Shown here in pieces: positions 1 through 9,650 of a stretch of 64,000 nucleotides of DNA. This DNA is from an uncultured delta proteobacterium (GTDB lineage Bacteria; Desulfobacterota; Desulfobaccia; Desulfobaccales; 0-14-0-80-60-11). Position 1 is the first letter of the stretch. Every line of letters begins with the position of its first letter. The position numbers were made by a program, and so were the translations under genes. The notes under the pieces were generated by a model. That model searched no databases, was not told the DNA's origin, and saw nothing but the letters and a program-made list of their open reading frames with translations. The stretch is taken from NCBI GenBank assembly GCA_963768765.1, contig CAVYJK010000033.1, forward strand, positions 329 to 64,328, in the 5' to 3' direction.

Positions 1-49
1 CGCATTACCCCGCACCCTGCCCCCAACCTAACAGGGGAGAGTTGAGACC

Positions 50-772
50 ATGGAGCGCCTACACAAGTTTTTGTCGCGAGCCGGAGTGGCGTCCCGGCGT
101 CTGGCGGAGGAGTGGATCCGGGCCGGGCGGGTGGCCGTCAACGGGGTGGTGATTACGGAGATGGGGGTCAAAATCGACCCGGACCGGGACCAGGTCCAGG
201 TGGACGGGCGCCCGGTGCGGCCTCCTGGGACGCGGGTTACCGTAATGGTGCACAAACCTTATGGCTACATTTGCACCACCCACGATCCCCAGGGCCGCCG
301 GGTGGTGACGGATTTGCTGGGAGGCGCGATCAAGGAGAGCCTTTATCCCGTGGGTCGCCTCGATTATGACGCTACCGGACTGTTGCTGCTCACCAACGAC
401 GGTGACCTGGCCTATCGCCTGACCCACCCCAGTTACCAGGTGCCCCGCATCTACCGCATGACGGTGGTGGGCGAAGTCAGCCAGGAGACCTTGCGCCGCC
501 TGGCGGACGGCATCAGGGTGGGGGACCGCACCGTGAGCGCCGTCTGTGAAGTGAACAAACGGGAGCAGGGCAAGACGGTGCTGGAAATCATGGTGCGGGA
601 AGGGCGCTACCACCTGGTCAAACGCCTGATGCTGCAGGTGGGGCATCCGGTCATCAAACTGAAGCGCATCGCCTTCGGGCCGCTCAATCTGGGAACCCTA
701 CCCCGGGGGGATTTCCGGCTGCTGACCCGGGAAGAGGTGGAAGCACTGAAAACAAAGGTAAAGATGAGGTGA
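50..772 (+). CDS. rluB: RsuA/RluB-family rRNA pseudouridine synthase
   Basis: N-terminal S4 domain (ERLHKFLSRAGVASRR), catalytic GRLD motif, EGRYHLVKR; SD GGGGAG upstream. Confidence 0.85.
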   Translation: MERLHKFLSRAGVASRRLAEEWIRAGRVAVNGVVITEMGVKIDPDRDQVQVDGRPVRPPGTRVTVMVHKPYGYICTTHDPQGRRVVTDLLGGAIKESLYPVGRLDYDATGLLLLTNDGDLAYRLTHPSYQVPRIYRMTVVGEVSQETLRRLADGIRVGDRTVSAVCEVNKREQGKTVLEIMVREGRYHLVKRLMLQVGHPVIKLKRIAFGPLNLGTLPRGDFRLLTREEVEALKTKVKMR

Positions 773-1704
773 CTCCGGAGGATCGACTCTTTACCCCCCA
801 GCCTCCTGCGGAACCCTCAAAGGATTGGGACGGTCTCCCGGGGACCCGGCAGAAGGGGTCCCCCCGGGCGCACCGGCCGGTTTTGCATCTGGCGCTGTTT
901 CTGGCCACTATCGTCACCACCATCATTGCCGGGGCCATCCAGCAAGGGGTAAATCCCCTGGAGGACCCATGGCTCCTTTATAAGGGCGTCCCCTTTTCCT
1001 TTACCCTGCTCCTGATCCTGGGAACCCACGAGATGGGTCATTACCTGGTATCCCGGCGGCACCGTCTGGACGTGACCCTGCCTTATTTTATCCCGGCCCC
1101 GCCCATCCCCTTCATTATCGGCACCTTCGGGGCCTTCATCCGCATCCGTTCCCCCATCCAGGATAAACGGGCCCTGCTGGACGTGGGCTGCTCCGGGCCC
1201 TTGACAGGGGTGGTGGTGTCCATACCCGTGATCCTGGTGGGGCTGAAGCTCTCCACGGTGACGGTGATGAAAGGGGCCGAGGGCCTGGTCCTGGGAGAAC
1301 CCCTGCTCTTTCAATTCTTGAGCTGGCTGGTCCTGGGCCCTCTAACTCCGGAGCACCAGGTGCTGTTGCACCCGGTGGCCTTTGCCGGTTGGATCGGCCT
1401 CCTGGTGACCGCCCTGAACCTGATCCCGGTGGGCCAGCTGGACGGCGGCCACGTGTCTTACGCCCTGTTTCCCGACTACCACCGCTACGTGTCCCTGGGC
1501 TGCCTTGGACTGCTGGTGATTTGCGGCCTGCTCTTCTGGGAGGGCTGGCTGGTGTGGGCCATGTTGCTGGCCTTTTTGGGCTTTCGCCATCCGCCGCCTT
1601 TCCACGGTTGGGTGCCTCTGGACCGCTTTCGCCGGGTTTTGGGATTTATCACCATCCTGGTCTTTGTGCTGACCTTTACCCCCACCCCCTTCAAGCTGGG
1701 GTGA
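769..1704 (+). CDS. Site-2 protease (M50) family membrane metalloprotease
   Basis: HEMGH zinc motif, NLIPVGQLDGG motif, multiple TM segments. Confidence 0.9.
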   Translation: MTPEDRLFTPQPPAEPSKDWDGLPGTRQKGSPRAHRPVLHLALFLATIVTTIIAGAIQQGVNPLEDPWLLYKGVPFSFTLLLILGTHEMGHYLVSRRHRLDVTLPYFIPAPPIPFIIGTFGAFIRIRSPIQDKRALLDVGCSGPLTGVVVSIPVILVGLKLSTVTVMKGAEGLVLGEPLLFQFLSWLVLGPLTPEHQVLLHPVAFAGWIGLLVTALNLIPVGQLDGGHVSYALFPDYHRYVSLGCLGLLVICGLLFWEGWLVWAMLLAFLGFRHPPPFHGWVPLDRFRRVLGFITILVFVLTFTPTPFKLG

Positions 1705-1707
1705 GTC

Positions 1708-1802
1708 GGTAGGGCGGGCCTCTGTGCCCGCCGCCTTGGAGGCACCACAATGTAGGCGGGGATTGCCCGCCGTGCAGCACAGGCGAGACGCCGGTGCCAC
1801 CG
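1708..1802. repeat. REP-like GTAG-headed palindromes (tandem pair)
   Basis: gtagggcgggcctctgtgcccgcc and tgtaggcggggattgcccgcc..gcacaggcgagacgccggtgccacc; near-identical copies at 25612-25663, 3260-3287 (inverted) and 40502-40565. Confidence 0.75.
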
Positions 1803-1870
1803 AATTATAAGGAATTTTCGGAATCGTGGTTTGAACCTTGTCTCCCTTAAAGGACAGATCATTTCCGGCC

Positions 1871-2500
1871 ATGGGTAAGCGGGCCTGGCTGGTGGTATGG
1901 CTGGCCGCGGCCCTGGCCTGGCCGGCCGCCGGCGCCGCCGGGCCGCCTTTGACCCTTAAAGAGGTGGAAAACCGGATGGTGCGGGGCGGCTACCTGGACA
2001 CCCTATTTGCCGCCCACTGGGCGGTGGCCCAGGGTGAGGCCGTGGTCCCCCTCCTGGCGCAGATGCTCCATAAGGGGCAGCAATACCGGGAAGAGGAACA
2101 AGGCGCCACCGGGGCCTACCCCTTCAACGTCTTCTGGGCCCTGGCCCATATCCCCAGCTCCAGGTCCCTCAAGGTGTTGGAAGATTATTACGCCGCCACC
2201 AAAGACCCCGTGGCGGCGCGGGCCCTTCAGGGATGGCGGCTGCGGCTGAACGAACAGAGTTCCCGGTTCGGCGTGCTGATCAACGATGGCTCCCTGCTGG
2301 AGGACCCCCGGGAGAAAGCCCGGGTGGTGAAGAAGATCAAGGCCGGCCAAAAAGTGAAGATCCTGCAGGAAAGGATCGCCAACCCCCGGGAAGTGGGCCC
2401 CCGGGGCGGGGCGATGCTCTACGACCGGGTGGAGCTGATCCACAGCGGCGAACAGGGTTACATCCCCCGGGCCGGGGATGATTTTACCCCGTTTATCTGA
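1871..2500 (+). CDS. Exported hypothetical protein (HEAT-like N-region, SH3-like C-terminus)
   Basis: Signal peptide MGKRAWLVVWLAAALAWPAAGA; C-terminal 'LLEDPREKARVVKKIKAGQKVKIL...GEQGYIP' resembles bacterial SH3. Confidence 0.55.
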   Translation: MGKRAWLVVWLAAALAWPAAGAAGPPLTLKEVENRMVRGGYLDTLFAAHWAVAQGEAVVPLLAQMLHKGQQYREEEQGATGAYPFNVFWALAHIPSSRSLKVLEDYYAATKDPVAARALQGWRLRLNEQSSRFGVLINDGSLLEDPREKARVVKKIKAGQKVKILQERIANPREVGPRGGAMLYDRVELIHSGEQGYIPRAGDDFTPFI

Positions 2501-2502
2501 GG

Positions 2503-3030
2503 GTGATTTCTTTGAGCCTCAACTTATCCGACACGTACAAGTTCTGCCCCCAGTGTGGCGGCGAACTTACCAAGCGCCTGCTCAAGGCCGGGGAGCCCCC
2601 GCGTCTGGTGTGCACCCGGTGCGCCTTTGTCTTTTATATCGACCCCAAGCTGGCGGCCATCGCCCTGGTGCCCCTGAACCAGGGGGTGGTCATGGTGCGC
2701 CGGGGGATAGATCCGGGCTACGGCCTCTGGGTGGTGCCGGGGGGCTTCGTGGACGTGGGGGAACGGGTGGAAGAGACGGTGGTCCGGGAGATCCTGGAGG
2801 AGACCTGCCTCCGGGTGCGCCCGGTCCGCCTCATCAATATCTATTCTTATAACGACAGCCCCACGGTGGTGGTGGCTTACCTTACGGAGCACCTGGGAGG
2901 AGAATTGGCTGCGGGCGATGAGACCCTGGAGGCCCGGGTCTTCGGCCTCCATGAGATACCCTGGGAGGAGATTGCTTTTCGCTCCACCAAACAGGCCCTG
3001 CAGGAATACCTCCGGCAGGCTAAGGGCTGA
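2503..3030 (+). CDS. NUDIX hydrolase with N-terminal zinc ribbon
   Basis: FCPQCG...CTRC; Nudix box PGGFVDVGERVEETVVREILEET. Confidence 0.9.
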   Translation: MISLSLNLSDTYKFCPQCGGELTKRLLKAGEPPRLVCTRCAFVFYIDPKLAAIALVPLNQGVVMVRRGIDPGYGLWVVPGGFVDVGERVEETVVREILEETCLRVRPVRLINIYSYNDSPTVVVAYLTEHLGGELAAGDETLEARVFGLHEIPWEEIAFRSTKQALQEYLRQAKG

Positions 3031-3127
3031 CCAGCAGGAAAAAACCCTTGTGCATCATCTTCACCAGGCAAATCAAGCCGTAAGCCACCAACATCAACAC
3101 CCCGATCCGGTAGGTTAGCGCATTCAT
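3020..3127 (-). CDS. Putative 35-aa single-TM small protein
   Basis: Manual translation MNALTYRIGVLMLVAYGLICLVKMMHKGFFLLVSP; SD AAAGGGG upstream; below the ORF-track cutoff. Confidence 0.4.
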   Translation of the reverse strand: MNALTYRIGVLMLVAYGLICLVKMMHKGFFLLVSP

Positions 3128-3204
3128 GTTTTTGTCCCCTTTCCCAGTTGGAGTATGCTAAAAACCAAAACGTTAAGCCGCAATCGACCAAGCCTTAGAA
3201 TTTA

Positions 3205-3287
3205 AGGGGCGGGTTTAAAACCCGCTCCTACGGCAGCCAGGCCGGTACTTGAAGAATAAGGCGGCGGGCACGGAGGCCCGCCCCACC
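3205..3287. repeat. REP-like palindromes
   Basis: ggggcgggtttaaaacccgctcctac (copy at 31431-31455) and ggcgggcacggaggcccgccccacc. Confidence 0.7.
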
Positions 3288-3302
3288 AAAAGGATGGGGA
3301 GC

Positions 3303-3857
3303 ATGGAGCCCCAGAGACAACACCTGCTGAGACTGCTGCAAGAAAAATCCTTCCGGTACAGCCCGGACCGACCCTTCAAGCTGGTCTCGGGCCGGGAGAG
3401 CCCCTATTACGTCGACTGCCGGCCCACCACGTTCAGCGCCCAGGGCCTGGCCCTCATCGGGGAGATCTTCTTTGAGAAGATCAAGGACCTGAAAGTGGAC
3501 GCCATCGGCGGCCTCACCCTGGGGGCCGATCCCATCGCCCATGCCGTGGCCCTGACCAGTTATCTGAAGGGGAAACCCTTGGGCTCCTTTGCGGTGCGGA
3601 AAAAACCCAAGGAGCACGGCACCGGCGGGCTGGTGGTGGGAGACGTCAAGCCCGGGAACAAAGTGGTCATCGTGGAGGACGTCATCACCACCGGGGGCTC
3701 CACCCTGCAGGCCATCGCCGCCGCCCGGGAGTTCGGCCTTAACGTGGTGCAGGTGCTGATCCTGGTGGATCGGGAGGAAGGGGGCCGGGAGGCGGTGGCA
3801 GCAGTGGTTCCCCAGGTGGAGGCGGTGTTTACGATTTCGGAACTCAGGGCCGCCTGA
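3303..3857 (+). CDS. pyrE: Orotate phosphoribosyltransferase
   Basis: FKLVSGRESPYYVDCR, RKKPKEHG, PRPP motif VVIVEDVITTGGS. Confidence 0.95.
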   Translation: MEPQRQHLLRLLQEKSFRYSPDRPFKLVSGRESPYYVDCRPTTFSAQGLALIGEIFFEKIKDLKVDAIGGLTLGADPIAHAVALTSYLKGKPLGSFAVRKKPKEHGTGGLVVGDVKPGNKVVIVEDVITTGGSTLQAIAAAREFGLNVVQVLILVDREEGGREAVAAVVPQVEAVFTISELRAA

Positions 3858-3985
3858 CTGCGGCTCCCGGTTCGCAGGAAGATTCTGGTGGCCTGAATTT
3901 GCCGGGGCGCAATCTTGACAAGGGGCTCAGGGTAGTAATTATGTAAGCAGAGCACCCTTGCAGCAATACTCTCAGACTGAAAGCC

Positions 3986-5836
3986 ATGCCTCGATTTTCT
4001 CTCGGCAGCCTGCGGGTCCGGGCTGTTCTCCTGGTCCTGCTCTCCATTCTCCCCTTATTGGGGTTATTCTTTTACTCGTATCTGGAGGAACGTCACCGGG
4101 CCATCCTCGAGGTGCAAAAAGACTCAGTGGCGCTGGCCAGAAACCTGGCACAAATCCAGGCCAACCTCATCAATGACGCCCATCAGCTGCTGGCCGCGTT
4201 AGCGCAAATCCCCCAGGTGCAAAAGCGCGACCCGGCCGGTTGCGAAGCGCTCTTCGCCAAGTTGGGAAAGGCCAACGAGCGCTATACGGCGTTCGTGGCG
4301 GTCACTCCGGACGGCAGGGTCTTTGCCAGCGCCCCTCCCCTCGACCAATCCGTGAATATCAGTGACCGCCCGTATTTTCGGGGTGCGGTGGAAACCCGGG
4401 ATTTCGCCATCGGCAGAGCTCACATGGATCGGGTGAGCGGCAGGGCGACCCTTGCCTTCGGCTATCCCGTCCTGGATGAATCCGGCCGGCTCAACGCCGT
4501 CCTGGTCACGGAGCTGGATTTGCACTGGCTGGGCGAGTTCCTGAAACGGATGGACCTGCCGCCCCATTCGTCTCTCATTTTTGCCGACCGCGGCGGCGCG
4601 ATCCTCTACGGCTATCCCGACCCGGAAAAATATATCGGCCAGTCCATGGCCGAGGCGCCCGTGGTCAAAGCGATGATGGCTACGGGGAAAGGAGTGGTGG
4701 AAGCTCCGGGCTTGGGCGACGGCGTCTTGCGCCTTTACGGTTTCGCTTCGGTGGATTTCCGGTCCCAAGGCCTGGTCCTGGCTTTAGGCATCCCCAGGGA
4801 AGCAGCCCTGGAGGAGGCAAACCGGGATCTGAGGCGCAACCTCATCTGGCTGGGCCTGGTGGCCCTGGTGTCCCTGGCCGCCGCCTGGTTTGGGGGAGAC
4901 CTGTTCATCCGGCGCCGGGTCAAGGAACTGCTGGGAGTCACCGAGCGGCTGGCCTCAGGGGACCTGACGGTGCGCACCGGGCCGTCCTACCGGTCAGGGG
5001 AACTGGGCTTGCTGGCCCAGTCCTTTGACCTGATGGCCGACTCCATCCAGGAGCGGGACGCCAGGCTGAAGCAGGCGGCCGGGGAGTTGAATCAACGGGT
5101 CAGAGAACTGGACGAGCGCACCGCCCAGTTGGAAGCGGCCAACAAGGAACTGGAAGCCTTCAGCTATTCGGTGTCCCACGACCTCAGAGCCCCTTTGCGG
5201 GGCATCGCCGGGTTCTCCCGCATCTTGCTGGAAGAGTATGCCGACAAGCTGGATGAGGAAGGCAAACGGTACCTGAATATCATCCAGAGCGACACCCGGA
5301 AGATGGGCAAACTCATCGACGATCTCCTGGCCTTCTCCCGCTTCGGGCGTCGGCAGATGAACCTCACAAATTTCAAGTTGAAGCCCCTGGTCAAAGACGT
5401 CTTTGAAGAACTCAGGGAACTGGAGCCCGAAAGAAACCTGCAGATTCAGATTAAGCCCTTGCCGCCGGTCCATGGCGACCGGGACATGATTCGTCAGGCG
5501 CTGGTTAACCTGTTGGCCAATGCCTTCAAGTTCACCCGGACCAGGGAGGCGGCGATCATCGAGGTCAGCGGCTGGAGCGAGGCCAGCGAAAATGTCTACT
5601 GCATCCGGGACAACGGCGTGGGTTTTGAAATGGAGTATGTGGCCAAATTATTCGGGGTCTTTCAGCGGCTGCACCCGGAGAGCCAGTTCGAAGGGACGGG
5701 GGTGGGGCTGGCCATTGTCCAGCGCATTATTGAGCGCCACGGCGGGCGGGTCTGGGCGGAAGGCAAGGTGGCCGAGGGAGCCACCTTCTGCTTCACCTTG
5801 CCCAAGGTGAATCTGGAGGCCATAGACGATCTTTGA
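3986..5836 (+). CDS. Membrane sensor histidine kinase (dCache-HAMP-HisKA-HATPase)
   Basis: Two TM helices, Cache-like 'SDRPYF', HAMP, H-box [15 protein letters not shown] boxes. Confidence 0.92.
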   Translation: MPRFSLGSLRVRAVLLVLLSILPLLGLFFYSYLEERHRAILEVQKDSVALARNLAQIQANLINDAHQLLAALAQIPQVQKRDPAGCEALFAKLGKANERYTAFVAVTPDGRVFASAPPLDQSVNISDRPYFRGAVETRDFAIGRAHMDRVSGRATLAFGYPVLDESGRLNAVLVTELDLHWLGEFLKRMDLPPHSSLIFADRGGAILYGYPDPEKYIGQSMAEAPVVKAMMATGKGVVEAPGLGDGVLRLYGFASVDFRSQGLVLALGIPREAALEEANRDLRRNLIWLGLVALVSLAAAWFGGDLFIRRRVKELLGVTERLASGDLTVRTGPSYRSGELGLLAQSFDLMADSIQERDARLKQAAGELNQRVRELDERTAQLEAANKELEAFSYSVSHDLRAPLRGIAGFSRILLEEYADKLDEEGKRYLNIIQSDTRKMGKLIDDLLAFSRFGRRQMNLTNFKLKPLVKDVFEELRELEPERNLQIQIKPLPPVHGDRDMIRQALVNLLANAFKFTRTREAAIIEVSGWSEASENVYCIRDNGVGFEMEYVAKLFGVFQRLHPESQFEGTGVGLAIVQRIIERHGGRVWAEGKVAEGATFCFTLPKVNLEAIDDL

Positions 5837-5847
5837 GGAGAATTGCC

Positions 5848-6288
5848 ATGGATTTTAACGAAGTTGATATCTTGCTGGTGGAAGACAATCCCCAGGACGT
5901 GGAGCTGACCCTCAGGGCGTTGAAGCAGCATAACCTGGCCAATCGGGTGCAGGTGGCCAAAGACGGCGCCGAGGCGCTGGAATTTATTTTTGCCACCGGG
6001 CTCCAAGACGAACGCTTGATGGGCAACCTGAAGGTGATTCTCCTGGATTTGAAGCTTCCGAAAATCAGCGGCCTGGAAGTTCTGCAGAGGATTAAATCCG
6101 ATGCCCGGACCCAGTCCATTCCCGTGGTAGTGTTGACTTCTTCCCATGAAGACAGTGACATCAAGGGTTGCTACGAGCTGGGAGTCAATAGCTACGTGGT
6201 CAAACCGGTGGAGTTCGACAAGTTCGCCCACGCGGTGGCCCAGATGGGATTCTACTGGCTGCTGGTAAACAAGCCGGCGTCAAGCTAG
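5848..6288 (+). CDS. Single-domain response regulator (Rcp/CheY-like)
   Basis: [28 protein letters not shown]. Confidence 0.92.
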   Translation: MDFNEVDILLVEDNPQDVELTLRALKQHNLANRVQVAKDGAEALEFIFATGLQDERLMGNLKVILLDLKLPKISGLEVLQRIKSDARTQSIPVVVLTSSHEDSDIKGCYELGVNSYVVKPVEFDKFAHAVAQMGFYWLLVNKPASS

Positions 6289-6360
6289 CCGGTCAGCGGC
6301 TTTCTGGGGCCAGGCGTCGGCTAAGCCGGTTCCAACTCAGGCCTCGCGACCGTAAGGGGC

Positions 6361-6900
6361 TCAGAATTCAACGGCCTCAGCTTGGATCTGGAGCTTGGCC
6401 CCCCCTTTGGGGGACGGGCTCACCACCCCGGTCACCGTGATGGGCATATCCAGGGTGGTGGAGGTGAGGCGCTGCACCTGTTTTTCATCGGGGAGCCTGC
6501 CAAAAAACACCTCCACCAGGCCCGCGGGCGACTTCAGCAGCAGCGACTTGTGGTGCACCAGCACCGGCCCCACCGCCCCTCGCACCGTCACCCGGGCGCC
6601 CAGGTACCGGTCTTTGCCGGCAATGAGCTGGTCCACGGTCAAAATTTGGGGTCCCTGGAGCGCCTGCTCGGGAATGGCGGCGGCCTCCGGCGGCGGCGCC
6701 CCCGATTTTTTCAGGAGATCCAGGATGGCCTGCTGGCCCGATTCCAACTTGGCCAGCTTCTCCTTGAAGGAGGCGACTTCGCTTTTCAGCCCCTGGATTT
6801 CCTGGCGCAACTCCTCGTTGCTCTTGCCCGTCTCCACCGAACAGGCGGGGACCAAGAGCAACGCCGCCAGCAAACCCCAAAGAACTCCGGTGCGCCACAC
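6361..6900 (-). CDS. Lipoprotein with coiled coil and probable OB-fold
   Basis: Lipobox-like VPAC; C-terminal 'GARVTVRG...ITVTGVV' OB-fold pattern. Confidence 0.55.
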   Translation of the reverse strand: MWRTGVLWGLLAALLLVPACSVETGKSNEELRQEIQGLKSEVASFKEKLAKLESGQQAILDLLKKSGAPPPEAAAIPEQALQGPQILTVDQLIAGKDRYLGARVTVRGAVGPVLVHHKSLLLKSPAGLVEVFFGRLPDEKQVQRLTSTTLDMPITVTGVVSPSPKGGAKLQIQAEAVEF

Positions 6901-7012
6901 TTCTCGTTAAGCCTTGACCAGTATTCATCGCCGACCTCGAAAGAATTGATAAAATCTGCCTATGCGGTCAAAACCCCGACCCTTGGCACAAGTGCCGGTG
7001 TGCCCCTGGGAG

Positions 7013-7213
7013 CTAGTGGACTTTTTCATAATTAAGGTAACATCGGAAAAGCAGGTTTTTTTACCCCCCTTTCCTAAAGGGGGGTCAGGGGGGATTTTTA
7101 TAAGCACTTGAAATCCCCCTAAATCCCCCTTTTTCAAAGGGGGACTTATCCCTGCCAAGTTCAGCGCTCCGGATCTGAATTTATGTCCAGCTAATTGTGA
7201 AACACACCACTAG
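7013..7213. mobile_element. MITE-like element, 201 bp, CTAG at both ends
   Basis: Terminal inverted repeats CTAGTGGACTTTTTCATAATTA vs CTAGTGGTGTGTTTCACAATTA (18/22); internal CCCCCTTT..AAAGGGGG double hairpin. Confidence 0.7.
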
Positions 7214-7378
7214 TTTACGGCATAACTTATTGGGGAGCAACGGTTAAATGGCGACGGCCCGGCGGCGGCGAAGCCGGACCTTGTCAACCCCTGAAACCAG
7301 AAAAATCTCAATCTACAATTTACCTGCGGGCCAAGCCCGGTTACAATGGGACGACGGTTCCCGAAAGGAGATGCTTCT

Positions 7379-8347
7379 ATGGCCCGCATTCTGGTCACCG
7401 GCGGGGCGGGGTTCATCGGCTCCCATCTGGTGGAATACCTGCTGCGGCAGGATCATGAAGTCCTCTGCCTGGACAACTATTTCACCGGCTCCAAGGCCAA
7501 CCTGCAGCATCTGGGGGAGCACCCCTGGCTGGAGTTGATCCGCCACGACGTGGTGAATCCCATCATGCTGGAGGTGGAGCAGATTTACCACCTGGCCTGT
7601 CCGGCCTCCCCGGTCCATTACCAATATAACCCGGTGAAGACCATCAAGACCAACGTCCTGGGGACCCTCAACATGCTGGGCCTGGCCAAACGGGTGAAGG
7701 CCCGGATCCTGCTGGCCTCCACTTCGGAGATCTACGGCGACCCCCAGGTGCACCCCCAAACCGAGGCCTATTGGGGCAACGTCAACCCCATCGGGGTCCG
7801 GAGCTGCTACGACGAAGGGAAAAGGGTGGCGGAAACCCTGATGATGGACTACCACCGCCAGAACGGGGTGGACATCCGCATCGCCCGCATCTTCAACACC
7901 TTCGGCCCCCGCATGGCCGTCAACGACGGCCGGGTGGTGAGCAACTTCATCGTCCAGGCCCTCACCGGCCAGGAAATCACCATTTACGGGGAAGGAGGAC
8001 AGACCCGGTCCTTTTGCTACGTTGCCGACCTGGTGGACGGCCTGGTGCGCCTGATGAACCGCCGGGACCAGTTCGAGCCGGTGAACCTGGGCAACCCCGA
8101 AGAATTCACCATCATGGAGTTGGCCCACAAGGTGCTGGCCCTCATCGACACGCCCTCCGTCCTCGCCTACCGGCCCCTGCCCAAAGACGATCCGGGGCGG
8201 CGGCGGCCGGACATCACCCGGGCCCAAGAGGTGCTGGGCTGGCAGCCCACGGTGCCCCTGGCCACCGGCCTGAAGGAGACCATCCCCTATTTTGTCCAGA
8301 AGCTTACGCAGGAGAACTACCCGGTGGTGGCCAAACCTAATTTCTAG
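7379..8347 (+). CDS. UDP-glucuronic acid decarboxylase (UXS-like extended SDR)
   Basis: [41 protein letters not shown]. Confidence 0.93.
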   Translation: MARILVTGGAGFIGSHLVEYLLRQDHEVLCLDNYFTGSKANLQHLGEHPWLELIRHDVVNPIMLEVEQIYHLACPASPVHYQYNPVKTIKTNVLGTLNMLGLAKRVKARILLASTSEIYGDPQVHPQTEAYWGNVNPIGVRSCYDEGKRVAETLMMDYHRQNGVDIRIARIFNTFGPRMAVNDGRVVSNFIVQALTGQEITIYGEGGQTRSFCYVADLVDGLVRLMNRRDQFEPVNLGNPEEFTIMELAHKVLALIDTPSVLAYRPLPKDDPGRRRPDITRAQEVLGWQPTVPLATGLKETIPYFVQKLTQENYPVVAKPNF

Positions 8348-8961
8348 CCTGGCGGTGGGGTTGGCGCTGCTGGCCGGCTGCGGGGCGCAGCCGGCCGGGC
8401 CGCCGCAGCAGGCGCAGGTTTCACGGGTCATCGACGGCGACACCCTGGAGCTGGCAGGGCGGCGCCCGGGTGCGGGTCCTGGGGATCGACGCCCCGGAAA
8501 TGGAAAAAGAGGGCCACCCGGCGGAATTTCTGGCCCACAAGGCCAAGGCCGTGCTTAGCAATCTGACCCTGAAAAAGACGGTGCGCCTGGAGTACGACCG
8601 GCAGCGCTACGACCACTACGCCCGCTTGCTGGCCTACCTCTTCCTTCCCGACGGGACCTTCGTCAACGCCGAACTGGTGCGCCAGGGCCTGGCCCTGGTT
8701 TACTTCCACGCCCCCAATACCCGCTACCGGGAGACCCTGCTGGCCGCCCAGCGGGAGGCCCTGGAAGCGCAGCGGGGCATATGGCAGCAGCGGCTGCGCC
8801 AGGACGAGCCCTACTACCTGGGCAACCGCAGCACCCTGCGCCTGCACCGGCCCGGCTGCCCCCTGGCGGCCAAGATCGCCCCGGCCAACCGGGTGCGCTT
8901 GGAATCGCTGAAAGACGCCTACCTCCAGGGCTACAGCCCCTGCCGCAGTTGTACACCGTGA
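8292..8961 (+). CDS. Thermonuclease (SNase) lipoprotein with C-terminal Ada-type metal-binding domain; frameshift near 8460
   Basis: LAGC lipobox and RVIDGDT in one frame; [22 protein letters not shown]...YSPCRSC in the next; start uncertain. Confidence 0.8.
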
Positions 8962-8995
8962 AATGGGAAAATGGGGGAAGGGGGCTAAGGGCCGC

Positions 8996-9526
8996 TTACG
9001 AAAAAGTCCCCCGGTCCTCCGCCAAATTCTCATGCCTTAGCAGCCAGCGCTTGCGGTCCACCCCGGAACTGTAGCCGCCCAGGGACCCATCCGCATTGAT
9101 GACCCGGTGGCAGGGGATGATGATGGGGATGGGGTTCAGCGCGTTGGCCTGGCCCACGGCCCGGGGGGCCCTGACGTTGCCGACCCGGGCGGCCAACTCC
9201 CGGTAGGAGACGGCGGCCCCCCAGGGAATCCGCCGCAATTCCTGCCAGACCCGCAGTTGGAAAGGGGTGCCGTGGGGGTCCAGGGTGAGGGCGGCGAAGT
9301 CGGTGGGGACCCCGGCGAAATAGGCGGCCAGCTCCTTTTTAACCGTGTCGATCATGGGAAGCAGGGAGGGTGGGGGAGGGGGTCCGTCCGTTCCCGGTTC
9401 CGGGCAGTCAAACTCCAGGGCGCTGAGTCCGGCCCCGGTGAAGTAAAGGCACAGGGGCCCCAGGGGGGTGGGCCTGAAGATAATGGACCATTCCATGGAA
9501 TGGGGGCTCTTATTCCTGGCTCGCAT
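8996..9526 (-). CDS. ogt: Methylated-DNA-[protein]-cysteine S-methyltransferase
   Basis: GTPFQLRVW, RAVGQANALNPIPIIIPCHRV; SD AGGAG before ATG 9526. Confidence 0.93.
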   Translation of the reverse strand: MRARNKSPHSMEWSIIFRPTPLGPLCLYFTGAGLSALEFDCPEPGTDGPPPPPSLLPMIDTVKKELAAYFAGVPTDFAALTLDPHGTPFQLRVWQELRRIPWGAAVSYRELAARVGNVRAPRAVGQANALNPIPIIIPCHRVINADGSLGGYSSGVDRKRWLLRHENLAEDRGTFS

Positions 9527-9650
9527 TTTCTGTCTCCTGGCGGGCAGTTCCCGTCTGATAATTATCTTTGCCATTTTGGGGTGATGGGAGGGGTCTTAGG
9601 GGAGGCTGGGGGGCATCTTGTGAAAAAGTCCCCCGGCCCTCCCCTAACTC

